A DNA stretch of 64,000 nucleotides from positions 248,001 to 312,000 of the forward strand of contig CDRNVI010000140.1 of assembly GCA_977017575.1 (NCBI GenBank), written 5' to 3'. Positions 1 to 11,182 of the stretch are shown here, piece after piece. Position 1 is the stretch's first letter. Each line of letters starts with the position of its first letter. Source of the DNA: Paramoeba atlantica (taxonomy: Eukaryota; Protista; Discosea). The position numbers and the translations under genes are program-made. The notes beneath the pieces were generated by a model. It was not told the DNA's origin. It ran no database searches and was given only the letters and a program-made list of their open reading frames with translations.

Positions 1-432
1 CTATTTTTCTCTTTTTGCTGGTTTGAGATTTGTTTGTGAATTGTCATTAAAGAATTTATCCATTATTGGAGCAAACTGTTCGTCAGGCCCAGCCCCAAAC
101 TCCCAAACACATCCTCTTTCTTTCAATCTCAACCTTTTCACCATTTCCTCTTTCAACTCTCCATCACTTTCATCAACCCAAACATACAGAACCACCCCTT
201 CAATCCCACCAAGACGAGAGATATCTTCCTCGAAAAGATCAATTGCTTCTTCAAGAGAACCTCCTTCAGAAAAGGCTAGTGGTGGGTAGAAAAGAATCCC
301 TTGACAATCTTTGAAATCAGAAGACGAATTCGAATACACAAAACTCAATCCATCTTGTTTGTTCAACCAGCTATGAATGTACTCGTCACCAAGCACCAAA
401 ACTTTTGGTTTTGATTCACTTTCATCCGCCAT
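1..432 (-). CDS. Small intronless hypothetical protein (143 aa), possibly a highly degenerate small-GTPase-like alpha/beta fold
   Basis: ATG at 432 (MADESESKPKVLVLGD...) to TAG at 1-3, within ORF 1..501. Normal amino-acid composition, unlike the flanking low-complexity DNA. No confident family motif. Confidence 0.55.
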   Translation of the reverse strand: MADESESKPKVLVLGDEYIHSWLNKQDGLSFVYSNSSSDFKDCQGILFYPPLAFSEGGSLEEAIDLFEEDISRLGGIEGVVLYVWVDESDGELKEEMVKRLRLKERGCVWEFGAGPDEQFAPIMDKFFNDNSQTNLKPAKREK

Positions 433-716
433 TTGTTGAAAAACCCCAACCTTCCAAAACCAAAAACTATTTCTCCACCAAAAGAAAAACTCAAAAATCA
501 AATTTTCTCTCTTGCTAAAATTTGCGTGTAATTTTTGGCAGTGGAAAATTCATTTCTTGGAACAATTCAGAGAAAAATTAGTTCTAAAAGCAAGAAAAAA
601 GGAGAGAGAGGAGAGAGAGAGAGAAAGGTTCTGTTTATTGTTACTCTCAAAATTTTTCTATCATGTCAATTTAGAGAAAATGTTTGGGGAGAGAGAGAGG
701 AGGAAGAAAAAATGAT

Positions 717-2358
717 TTAATGTTCTTGTTCCAAGAGAATTTGAGGGGTTACACTTTTCAGTTCTTCTTTTCTCATTTCTCCTTGGATTGTCACCTGTGG
801 AAAAACGAAGGAAGAGAGAGAGAGAGAAAGTTTGAATTCCAAGATAATTCAAAATAAACAAAGAAAAAGAAAAAGAAAAATAAACCTCAATTAAAGAATC
901 AAGTCTCTCTTCTCTCTTCTCTTGTCCCTTCTTCTCTTCCTCCCAAACAACAAGAGGAACAGCATCTCGAATTTTGGGGTTGAGAGTTACACCACTCCCT
1001 CGAAATTTCTTTGGCATGATTAAAAGAGAGGGAGAAGAAGAGAGAGAGGGAGAAGAAGAAGAAGAAGAGAGGGAGGGAGAAGAGGACGATTGGGGAGGAG
1101 AATCAGAAACTTTTCTTTTCTTTCTGGGTTGTTCTGTGGAAGAGAGAGCTGCTGAAGAAGAAGAAGAAAGAGAAGAAGAAGAGAAATTTGGTAAATAATA
1201 CCGAATATTTCCACTCAAAATATCCCAATTATCAAAAGTCATTTTTTTCTTTTTTTCTCTCTCTCCATTTTTGTCTTCTTCTCTCTTTCCTTTCCCTCCA
1301 TCCCATTTCCTTTCTCGAAACACAAATCTTTCCTGGTCTGTCTCTTCTTCTTCTTTCTCTTCCTCCTCTTCTTTCTCTTTCTCTTTCTCTTTTTCACTCT
1401 CAACAATTCGACATTTAACACGCCATAATCCTCGAAAATGATATTCTTTTCCAATTTCTATTTCTTGACCAATCTCAATTCTCTCCAATTCTCCTTTTCC
1501 CATCTCTTCTCTTTCTTCCTCTCCCTTTTCTTGCTCTTTTTCTCCCTTTTCTTCTTTCCCTTTCTTTTCATTCTGAAAATATGGAGGATGAAAGAAAATG
1601 AGTTTTGTTCCAATTAAAAAAGATTGCATATCTTTTCTCAAAGCAACAAATGTTGAATCCCTTAATCTACAACAAATACAGTGAAAAAGTGAGCCAAAAG
1701 AAAGAGAAAGGAGAGAAAGAAGAAAAAAAACGAAGAAAAAAAGAAAAGAGAAAAAAACGAAGAAAAAAAAGAAAAGAAGAGAAAGAAGAAAAAGGAAAAG
1801 AAAAGAAAAAAAAACTTTTTGGTAGACGAATTTGATTGTAATCTCGGAATCAAAATAGTTCTGATGCTCTTTTCTCTGATTAATCCAACACCAAGACATC
1901 TTTTTTTAAAAACCAATTATTATTATAATAGAACAACAAATTATTATTATTATTACAATAAAATAACACGTCATTATCGAAATAAAATAACAAATTAATT
2001 CGAATCATAGAAGAATAATAAATTATTAGATAAGAAAACAACAAATTATTATAACAATCAATTAATAGAAAAATGATCGAAAATAGTTTTTCTCATTTCT
2101 TCTTTTCCCCTTTTTTCTCGTCTTTATTCTCTCTCTCTTTCTTTTACACTCTCATTACCTATGACAAATATTTCGGAGAACTTCTTCAAAAAAAAGAGGG
2201 GGTAAATTTAAATGATTCTCAAAATCCATCCAAGCAGCCACGGGACTAATAAGAGATTGGTCAGAGAAAAGAGAACAAGAAAAGAAAAAGAGAGAGAGAG
2301 AAGAAAGAAAAAAAAATGAAAAAAAAATAGAAAAATAAAAGAAAAATAAATAAAAAAA

Positions 2359-2390
<32 letters not shown>

Positions 2391-5300
2391 AAAAAAAAAA
2401 AATAACCTCAAAACAACAGTCCGATAAAAAGAGAAAAAAACAGTCTCATTCAAAATGTGATGTAACTGAAAACTCTCAGATCCAAGACCAGAAACATGAT
2501 TTAAAAACCCACTCCCATACATTTCAGTTAATAGAGGAACCAATTCATTTCTCATTTTTCCTATTTTTGACAATTTTAATATTTTAACATTTTATTTTAA
2601 AAAAAGATTTTGATTTTATGTTATTATTTATGATTTAAAAACCCACTCCCATACATTTCAGTTAATAGAGGAATCAATTCATTTCTCATTTTTCCTATTT
2701 TTGACAATTTTAATATTTTAATAGTTTTTCTTGATAAAAAGATTTTGATTTTTTTATTATAATATTTGATGTTGATGATTAAAATCCCACTCTCCACCCA
2801 TTTTTGGTTAATAGAGGAATTAATTCATCTTTCCTAAGAAATATTTATTGCTGTTTTTCTTTTCTAAATTTCTTGAAAAGAAGTCAATTATTTAAGAGTT
2901 TTCGAAATATTTTAAATATTATTTAATTCATTTTAAAAAACAAACAAAAAATCTCAAAATGAAATAAAGAACCTCGTGTACTCCATTTCGGAGTTGTATC
3001 TAAGAAAGAAAGAAAAGAGAGAGATGAGAGAAGAAGAGAGGAAGAGAAGAAGAGGGAAAAAAACCTTTGAAATAAGGAATTCCATATTTATGAGCAAAAT
3101 TAAAAATATCTGATTTTGGGTGTGACAACATTGGTCTCCATACCTTTTGTTATTTTTATTATTAATTTATTTATTTATTTATTATTTATTATTTTTTTTA
3201 ATTTCTTATTCTCATTCTCATTATTCTTAATTCTTTTCCTTTTCAATCTCTTTTTTTAATTGATCTCTTTTGAAAAATATTTACTTTCACCACATCTCAA
3301 TCTCTCTCCTCTCTTTCTTCCCCGACTTCTCTTTCTTGCATTTCAAAAAGAAAAAAATATTTACCCTGACACCATTGACAGTGGAAGATTGTGACATTCC
3401 TGACAACTCCAAAAGAGACCCTCCTTTCAGTAAATTTGAAATTACATTTTCTTGTAAATCTCCCTTTCAAAATAGAAATTCAATATTAAGAAAGAAAAGA
3501 AAAGAAAAGAAAAGAAAAGAGAAGAAAAGAAAAGAGAAGAAAATAAGAAAAATAGCTGTACCTGATGATGGCCAAACATTAAAGAACCACAATCTTTTCC
3601 CAATTCCTTTAAAACTTTCTTATAAAAATCAAATCGAATTGTTCTTGCAACCTGTGAAGAAGAGAGAAAATGTGAGAAAGAGACAGAGAGAAGAAAGAAG
3701 AAAGAGAGAGAGAGAGAAAGAGAAAGAAAACTTTTTCATATTCTTCTCGTTGCGTGACCCCACGCGTTACCTAATAATTGAGTCAATAAAATTAATAAAT
3801 TAAATAATTTTTAAATCAAAACCAAAAAAAAACAAAATAATCAATTCAAATAAATATTATTAATATTCAATTTTAAAAAAAATTCACTTCATCAATTCAT
3901 GAATAATAAATATTAATTAAATATAAATAATATTTTAAATTAAAAAAAAAATTACTTCATCAATTCATGAATATTAAATATTAATAAAATATAAATGATA
4001 TTTTAAATTTAAAAAATTACTTCATCAATTCTTCTCATCTTACAATCTAGACCGTGTCTTTTGCTCCAATCAACAACAAATGCTGCTTCCGCTCCTAATA
4101 AATAAAATTAAATAATGAATAAAAATGAATTTTTTTTTAGAATTTTTTTATTATTATTTAAAGTATTCAAAGAAAAGAAAGAAAGAGAGAGAATTAATAC
4201 CACTTTCAGGGCGATTTCCATAATCAATGTGGACTGAATAAGTTTCATACCTAATAAATAAAAAGAAAAAGAAATCAATTGAATCATAAAGAGAAAAAAA
4301 AAATAAAATAAAATAAAATAAAATAAAACAAAACAATAAAACAAAACAAACTTATATTTTTTTCCCAAAGCACAAACAACTTGAGCCAAAACCATAGAAT
4401 CCACTCCACCAGATAAAGAAATCACCATTGCTTTATATGGATGAATCTGCATTGATAAGAAAGAGAAGAGAGAGGGAGAAGAGAGAGAAGAAGAGAAAGG
4501 AAAGAAGAGATAAAGAGAAAGAAGAGAGAGAGGAAGAGAAAGGAAAGAATGAGGAAGAGGAGGAAGGGAGGAAGAAGAGAGGAGGAAGAGAGAAAGAAGA
4601 GAGAAAGAAGAGAGAAAGAAGAATAAGAGAAAGAAGGGGAAAGAGAAAGAGAAAGAAGAGAAAAGAAGAACCGCCATTTGTTTTTTGACAAAAGTTTCGA
4701 TTGTTTGGAAGAGTTTCTCTTTAAACATATTTCTATTTTTTTTATTATCAAAATTAAAATAATTGGAGGAAAAGAGAGAGAAAGAGAAAAGAGAGTAAAG
4801 AGAGAGAAGAAAGAGAGAAAGGAAAGAGAAAAGAGAGAAAAGAGAGAAAAGAGAGAAAAGAGAGAAAAGAGAAAGAAAAGGGAGAAAAGAGAGAAAAGAG
4901 AGAAAAGAGAAAGAAAAGGGAGAAAAGAAGAGAACGAAGTATCAAGATGTTGTTCTTCTCGTTCAAACAAATCCTGAAATTGTCCACTCCATCTTTCTTT
5001 ACTCTCCAAATCTATTAATTTTTTTTTTAATTCAAAATCTTATTTTGAATTTTCTTTCTCTTTTTTTTTTCTGTTTTTGTTTCTTTCTTTCTCTTTTTTT
5101 TCATTCTCTCCTCTTTCTTCTCTCTCTCTTCTGTTTTCTCCCTTTCACTCAATTTCTCTCTTTCTTTCCTTTTTTTCTAGTCTTTCCAACAAACCAAGAT
5201 ATCTGTGAAGAGTAATTTTTTTAAATCGATCCAAAATTGTATGTGTCTCTTCTCCATGATTTTCTCTGGTAAATGAGAGATTTTTAGGAGAATCGAAGAG

Positions 5301-8174
5301 AATGGTGAGAGCCAACTCTGTTTGATTCCCAAAGTCGAGAATATCCCCCGCCCTGACCAATTTCGACCAATCAGTGTTACCAATTCAGATTATCGGATTG
5401 TGATGAGATATTGGGCAAAATGGCTGATGGAGATTGCAAGTGGAGTAATTTCTAAAGAACAGCATGCGATGTTTAAGGGGAGGTCAATTGACGAAGCAGT
5501 GGAATCAGTGTATGACTCTTTCTACGAAGCTCTGGCAGAAGGGAAAGACGTGACCCTCCTCCAAACAGACTTTTGCAAGGCATATGATTATGTGAATCGT
5601 GATGCACTTCTTCATATTCTCAAAGGTTTGAATGCCCCCCCTCAAGCGATCTATGTTGTTGAGAAGGTGCTTCGAGAATCTGTAACCTGGCTGCCGAATA
5701 TTGGTGGATCCAAGAGGGGAGGCAACAATGATTCAATCCAAAGTCGAACTGGTGTTAGACAAGGATGCCCGATCTCCCCCCTCCTGTTTGTAATCGTGTT
5801 TGACATCCTCCTGGTGAGCTTGAAGAAGGAATACAACCCCCAAGACCTATCAGGCTTTATGGATGACTTGGGGATGGTGATTCAGAAAGCTGAAACCATC
5901 AATTCTCTCACTCCAACCTTCAAGAAATATGAAGAAGCGACTGGAGCTAAACTGAATTTTAATAAGTGCTTTGTCCTCTCAACTGAGTCTTTCAAACCTG
6001 TAGGCCCCTGGGCTGAGATGGCAAGATCCAATTACTGTGGTGATGAAACTGTATACCTGGGAGTGAGGTTGAGTAAACGGTTATCTCCTCTTAAGGATTG
6101 GGAGAAAGTGATCCTAAAGATGAAGAAAGTTGGAGCAGCAATCAAAAAAAGGGGTGGCAATTTTCGCTCGAGAGTAAGGATGGTCAATACCTATCTAACT
6201 CCATGCATGGGATATTTAGCGAGATTCAAACTGATTCCAAAATCTGTCGCCTCCTTGATGTGGAAGTCCATCCGCTCAGCTCTGGGTGCCTATGCCAACA
6301 CAAAAACCTCCATTCTTACCTCATGCTATCCTCCCTTGGACTCAAACCCCCAACTGCGCCATCCAATTGTTTTTAACTGGGCCCTCCTCACTTCTCGTCC
6401 ACCAATGAGGAGCGATTATCGGAGTCCTCTTTCCATTGGAGCCATGCGAAAGGATGCCCTTTTTGCAGCCCAAAGCCTCTCTACCAAAGTTGTGTTTGGC
6501 CAGGCCACTCGAGTTGCTTATTCCAATATGTCTCGAGTGATCCCCATTGAAATCAAAGATCTGTATGTGGGTGAAGGAAGAGCTGAGTGTGTGGTGTACA
6601 ACTTGGCACATGCAATTAGGCCCCAACTTAAGAGGAATTTGATTAAGTTCCTAATAAGAGGGCTGCCTACAAGAGACAAGTTGGCTCACTTCACAAACCA
6701 AAACTCAAGTTGCCGACTCTGCCACCGTGAAAAGGAGTCACGATCTCATCTTCTGGAGGAATGTTCTGTGGCTGAGGGCCTCCTCCAAGCAATGGGAAGG
6801 AAATGTATTTTGTTGAATGTACCCAGCTGGCAAGAAACTAAGAATGTGTGTGGCCTTGTCTCAAATTTTCTCACCAGACAAGAAACCTCTGTGGTGAGTG
6901 TTGCCCTGTTGAGTTTGTGGCTCACAGTGTGTGCGGAAGGATCGAAATCACCCCAGTATGCTACTGAAATTTTCGAAAAAATCTTGAGAAAGAACAAAAT
7001 CCTCCCTCGGCCCCCAAGAACCCAAACAAAGAAAGGAACCAAAGAGAAGGAAAGTTTTAAATTTAAAGGCTTTCAAGTGTTTTATGACGGTTCAGGCCGT
7101 ACAGATCCTCATCTGGGGGGTGCAGGCTTTGCAGTTTTCAGGGAAGGGAAAGAGATTTGTGGTGGGTTTGAAACCATCCCTCTTGGGTCCAACAATATTG
7201 GTGAATTTACAGGCTGTTTGAAAGGAATGCAATGTGCCAGATCAATGACAAATGAGATTGAAGTTGTCGGGGATTGTATGATTCTCACCAAGGCTGCACC
7301 CAAAACCCATGCCATCAAAAACTATGCCTTGAATGAACTACTTTGTGAAATCCGTAAGTTAGCAATGTGCTTTGACGAGATAGAATTCATCCATGTACCC
7401 CGAGAACTTAACAAGCGAGCTGATGCAATTGCAACTGCTGCAAGTTGGTCTAAAGAGGATGGAACATGTGCTGTGAATGATCATCATTGGGATCCAAGAT
7501 CACAACATGTTGCAGAAACCAGTGAAGAGTGGATTATTTTGAATTCAACCCTGTGGAACTGGATCAATTCCCCCCTCACCCGTGACTGGACTTTCCCCAT
7601 CCCCCCAGGGAATTTTGTAAGGAAATTCCAAGGAAACACGGTGACAACCCCCCATGTTTTGTTTCCGACCCAAACTGCTCTTGAGAATGCTCTAATTCTC
7701 CCTGTAATAATTACTAAAGATATCCAAGGATGGTTCCATCAGTCCCAAGAGAGCAATCTGGTGAGGAGCTTTATCGAGGAAGATTTTCGAAGGAATGTAA
7801 TTAACTTCATAGAAACCTCCAAACCGAATTCACTCCCTGGTTTTAGAAGGCGAACAATCAAACGCAGACCCCTTAGTGAGAACTAAAGTTGGTAAAGAAA
7901 CTCCAATGCATCCCATGCTGAAGAGATCTTTGGATCTAACTCTTAATTTATCTTCCCTCCCCCCCCCCTTTCTTCCCCCCTCTTTTCCATCCTAGAGATG
8001 GTTTTTAACTCTAATAAATGGCACCTGGTGTCTGATAGGAGAATCGAAGAGAAAGAAAGAGAAAGAGAAAGAGAAAAAGAGAAAGAGAAAAAGAAAAGAA
8101 AAGAATAAATCTAATCGCATGACAAGTTTAAATCTCTCGAGAGTGGGAGAAAAGAAAGAGAGAGACAAAGATAC

Positions 8175-8205
<31 letters not shown>

Positions 8206-11182
8206 AACCTCATTTCGATATGGTGGATTACAAGTTTCAATCTCTCAGGAGTGGGAGAATGACGAAGTGGCATCAATAAAAATATGTGTTCTTCACATGT
8301 TAATTGTCTTAATGGATCCCATTCTAGAAGGGAAGAAAGAAGAGAGAGAGAGAGAGAGAGAGAGAAAGGAGAAAAAGAGAAAGGAGAGAAGGAGAGAAGG
8401 AGAAAAGATAAGACGACAAAAAAATTAAAAGAATGAAAGGAAAAAAAAAGACCTTTATTTTCGAGAAAAGAGTAACTTATTTCAAGCGCTTTTACATCAT
8501 TTTGGAGAATTGATTCTCTTCCTTCTCTAATTTGCAAAATTTAAGATATTAAAAAAAAAATAAAAATAATAAAATAATAAAAAAAATAAAAATAAATAAA
8601 TAAAAATAAATAAATAATCTCAAAAAAGAAGACAAAAACAAAAACAAAAACAAAAGAAAAAAATCTTAACTGATTCCGATAAATATGTCTCGAAAATTGG
8701 TCCAAAACAATAACAAGAGCAACACAACTTTTCGGTTCTTCTTTCCAATGATTTAAAACACCATTTTCAGCTTTTTTTAACAAATTGGAGAATTTTTCTG
8801 TGATAATTTTGTCTATTTTTTCCTTTTGAAAAAGCATATGAGTTTTTAATTTTATAATATTTTTTGATTTTTCATTTGATTCAAAAATTTGGCCAAAATT
8901 GAATCGATTTTGGCTCTTGTTTATATTTTGGGGGAGGGACAAAAAAGTTGAACCCGGGTTCCAATCGGGATGTCACAGAAGACGTGGCATCCATCGATTG
9001 GCCGAGAGTCACATACCGAAACTAAAGGTGATAATACAAGGACAAAAGGTGTTTCGCAAACACCTTCTCTGTCAAGTTGAATAAAACTTGTTCTTTTTCT
9101 TTCTTAAGAACCAATTTTCTCTCTTCTCTCTCGTCTCTTGTCTCTTGTTCCTCCAGTTTTTGTGTGTGGGGCACTGTGTTTCGATACTCGAAAGCCTCGA
9201 CTTTTTTTCGTCTTTCGAGCATTGAACTCTGAACCAAGTATATTTGAGCGCATTTCGTTTGGCTACATTCCTTTTTTTTGGTTGATTGTTTTTGTGGTTC
9301 TCGCACTCCTCCATCTTCTTCGCCTATTGCCTTCGCTCTTGGGTTTTGAGGAAGATGTCGAGACCGGCATTCAGATTTCCGATGGCCAGACCTCCCACAA
9401 TGGAAACAGTTGTATGGAAATCTTCTCGATGCACGGCGAGCAATCTCCTCTTCTCTCGACTCTTGGGTTGGATCAACCAGAGGTTGGTATGAATGTTCAA
9501 GCACCAGGGAAGATTGCAAGACTGAATCAACATTCAGAAGAGATTTCCTCAATTCGCTTTTCGGCTGGTTCGGAGTAGTCATAGAAGTCGAGATCGTTGC
9601 TCTGTAATCTTTATGTCGGAGAAACGTCGCTTGAATCTTGTGTACTATCGTTGAGTTTTCAATCACACCACCGTGTTTTTGGACTTGGATTAAAATTGAA
9701 TCTATTTTGTCGATAAAATCGGTGGCACTCATACCCGGTTCATAACGGAGAGAATTGAACTTTACGATCCACAACTCAGCTTCAGCAGCAGCTCAGTTGT
9801 GGATCGTAAAGTTCAATTCTCTCCGTTATGAACCGGGTATGAGTGCCACAACTCAGCTTCAGCAGCAGCTTCGTGTTCATATTTCGTTTTCAGAGCAGTC
9901 CACGCCTTTTTGGGATCACTTTGAACATTCTTTTTGTCGTCAACAACAGAGAAGGCGTTTCCTTCAGTTGAGTTTAGAATAAACCCATAGACACATTTTC
10001 TATTTCTTTTAACCTCTTCGTCCGCACCTGGTCAAAGTCTTAACAAGACAAAGCTCCGAATTCATCGATCCTTTGTTCCATTTTTGATTGCCAGACTTTG
10101 AATACTTCATCCTTCTTTCCGGAGAAGGTCCACTGGGGTTTCAACTTTCCCACAAGAGAATCAGCCATAGAGAGCTCACTAGACTTTTAATCCAAACGAA
10201 TCCGTGAACAACACAGCCACACAACACAATACGATAACTGGTTGTCCCATATTACCGCAATCTCGCATCTTGTCGCAAGACAAAACGACACAATTCATTC
10301 TTCTGATCTTCAACCAGCAAACCTTCTTCGGCCTTCTGAAGGGGCAGGAAGGTGATGAGGAAAATTTCGGGGAGAATGAACATCACAATCACAATTATTT
10401 TGGATAAAATCTTCGGTTTAAGGATAAACTGAAGACTCGAAAAGTTAAGAAGGAGGATCGTCCCTTGCCATGCATGATCAAACAGAATGGTACAGAGAAG
10501 AAGATTGGGAATCTAGCTCGTCGAATGAAACTGTGTCTGGATGCGCTTCAAATTAGCTTGGATGCGAGTGAGGCAAACGAAGATTGTATCACCCCCCGAA
10601 CTCTTATGTTTGCAACAATTTTGGGAAAGAAAGGCCACTACATTCGGGATTGTCCTGAGAAAAAGAAAGGTTCTTCATCTCAGGACAATTGCCGAATGTC
10701 AACCTCGTTGACACCCCCGTGACACCCCCAATTGGGTTGTGGAAAAAGGTCTTTTTTTTCAATGGAAAATCCGCTCAAAAAAAAAGACCTTTTTCCCAAA
10801 CTCAAATGATGAATTTCGGGATTAGGTTGTTCTTCTCTTTTTCGGGATGATGTGTTTGTTCTCAGTAAAAATTTTGATTTGAAAGGTTTATTCTTTTTCA
10901 TTTATTCTCTCATTGTATTTTTATGGATTTGATTGCTTAAAGGAAGAAAAAGAAAAAGAAACAAGAAAAAAAAAGACAAAGAGAAAGAAAGAAAAAGAGA
11001 ATCAACCTGATTTTGTTTTGTGGGAAACCATTTTTCATGAGCACATTTGGAAAGTTCAGGTCCAAACCAAAAGGAAAGAACTTCTTCTTTTCCTTCTCTT
11101 TTCGGTTCTGCTGAAAACTTTTTGGAATTTGAAAAGGGAGAGAAAGAAAAATGAGAAAGAAAAAAAAACCTTCTTCCGCCAT
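717..11182 (-). CDS. Multi-exon (about 20 exons) DUF924-like N-terminal domain fused to a TilS/tRNA(Ile)-lysidine-synthase-like PP-loop ATPase
   Basis: Exons join in phase at GT-AG junctions: MAEE(11182-11170) / AEPKREGKEEVLSFWFG...KWF(11110-11007) / EKIDKIITEKF...ALVIVLDQFSRHIYR / ...EEHIFLLMPLRHS (DUF924 motifs), then VISLSGGVDSMV (PP-loop), HIDYGNRPES, RTIRFDFY, FGHHQGDLQENV, VWRPML, DTTPKWSTRGKMRNELVPLL (TilS-like motifs). Stop TAA at 719-717. Confidence 0.85.
2496..2835. repeat. Three tandem copies (spacing ~134 and ~145 bp) of an acceptor site plus exon start; two lie in the intron
   Basis: atgatttaaaaacccactcccatacatttcagttaatagaggaa recurs at 2496 and 2630, with a diverged copy at ~2775. 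Confidence 0.85.
3886..4036. repeat. Three tandem ~66-bp copies containing an exon-end/splice-donor motif
   Basis: acttcatcaattc at 3886, 3954 and 4019; on the minus strand this reads GAATTGATGAAgt. Confidence 0.8.
5303..8035 (+). mobile_element. 5'-truncated non-LTR retrotransposon (L1/Tx1-like) with RT, CCHC zinc motif and C-terminal RNase H, inserted antisense in a host intron
   Basis: Uninterrupted ORF 5322..7886: LIPK..FRPISV, TDFCKAYD, GVRQGCPISPLLF, FMDDL (RT); CRLC..ESRSHLLEEC (zinc motif); FYDGSG..NNIGEF..VGDC..HVPRELNKRADAIA (RNase H). Flanked by the identical 18-mer taggagaatcgaagagaa at 5285-5302 and 8036-8053 (TSD). Confidence 0.93.
9022..10168 (-). mobile_element. Decayed Ty1/copia-like gag remnant inside host intron 2
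   Basis: ATG at 10168: MADSLVGKLKPQWTFSGKKDEVFKVWQSKME. After a stop/frameshift it continues AWTALKTKYE..ELW and KFNSLRYEPGMSATDFIDKIDSI (UBN2-type gag), with zinc knuckle CFHCGRSGHRKSEC. No integrase or RT seen. Confidence 0.8.
9722..9849. repeat. Perfect 55-bp inverted repeat with an 18-nt spacer
   Basis: 9722-9776 is the exact reverse complement of 9795-9849. The 23-mer acaactcagcttcagcagcagct is directly repeated at 9771 and 9848. Confidence 0.95.
10261..10722 (+). mobile_element. Second, more decayed retroelement gag remnant, head-to-head with the first
   Basis: YVCNN followed, after a 1-nt frameshift, by GKKGHYIRDCPEKKK: a broken CX2CX4HX4C knuckle. Upstream frames carry multiple stops. 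Confidence 0.55.
10741..10796. repeat. 19-bp perfect inverted repeat (hairpin) at the edge of the retroelement debris
   Basis: ggaaaaaggtctttttttt (10741-10759) pairs with aaaaaaaagacctttttcc (10778-10796). Confidence 0.7.

Noticed and set aside
10200-10270. Possible primer-binding site (minus strand ggtaatatgggacaacc) upstream of the gag ATG
   Set aside because: Only loosely resembles known copia PBS sequences and no adjacent LTR end could be defined
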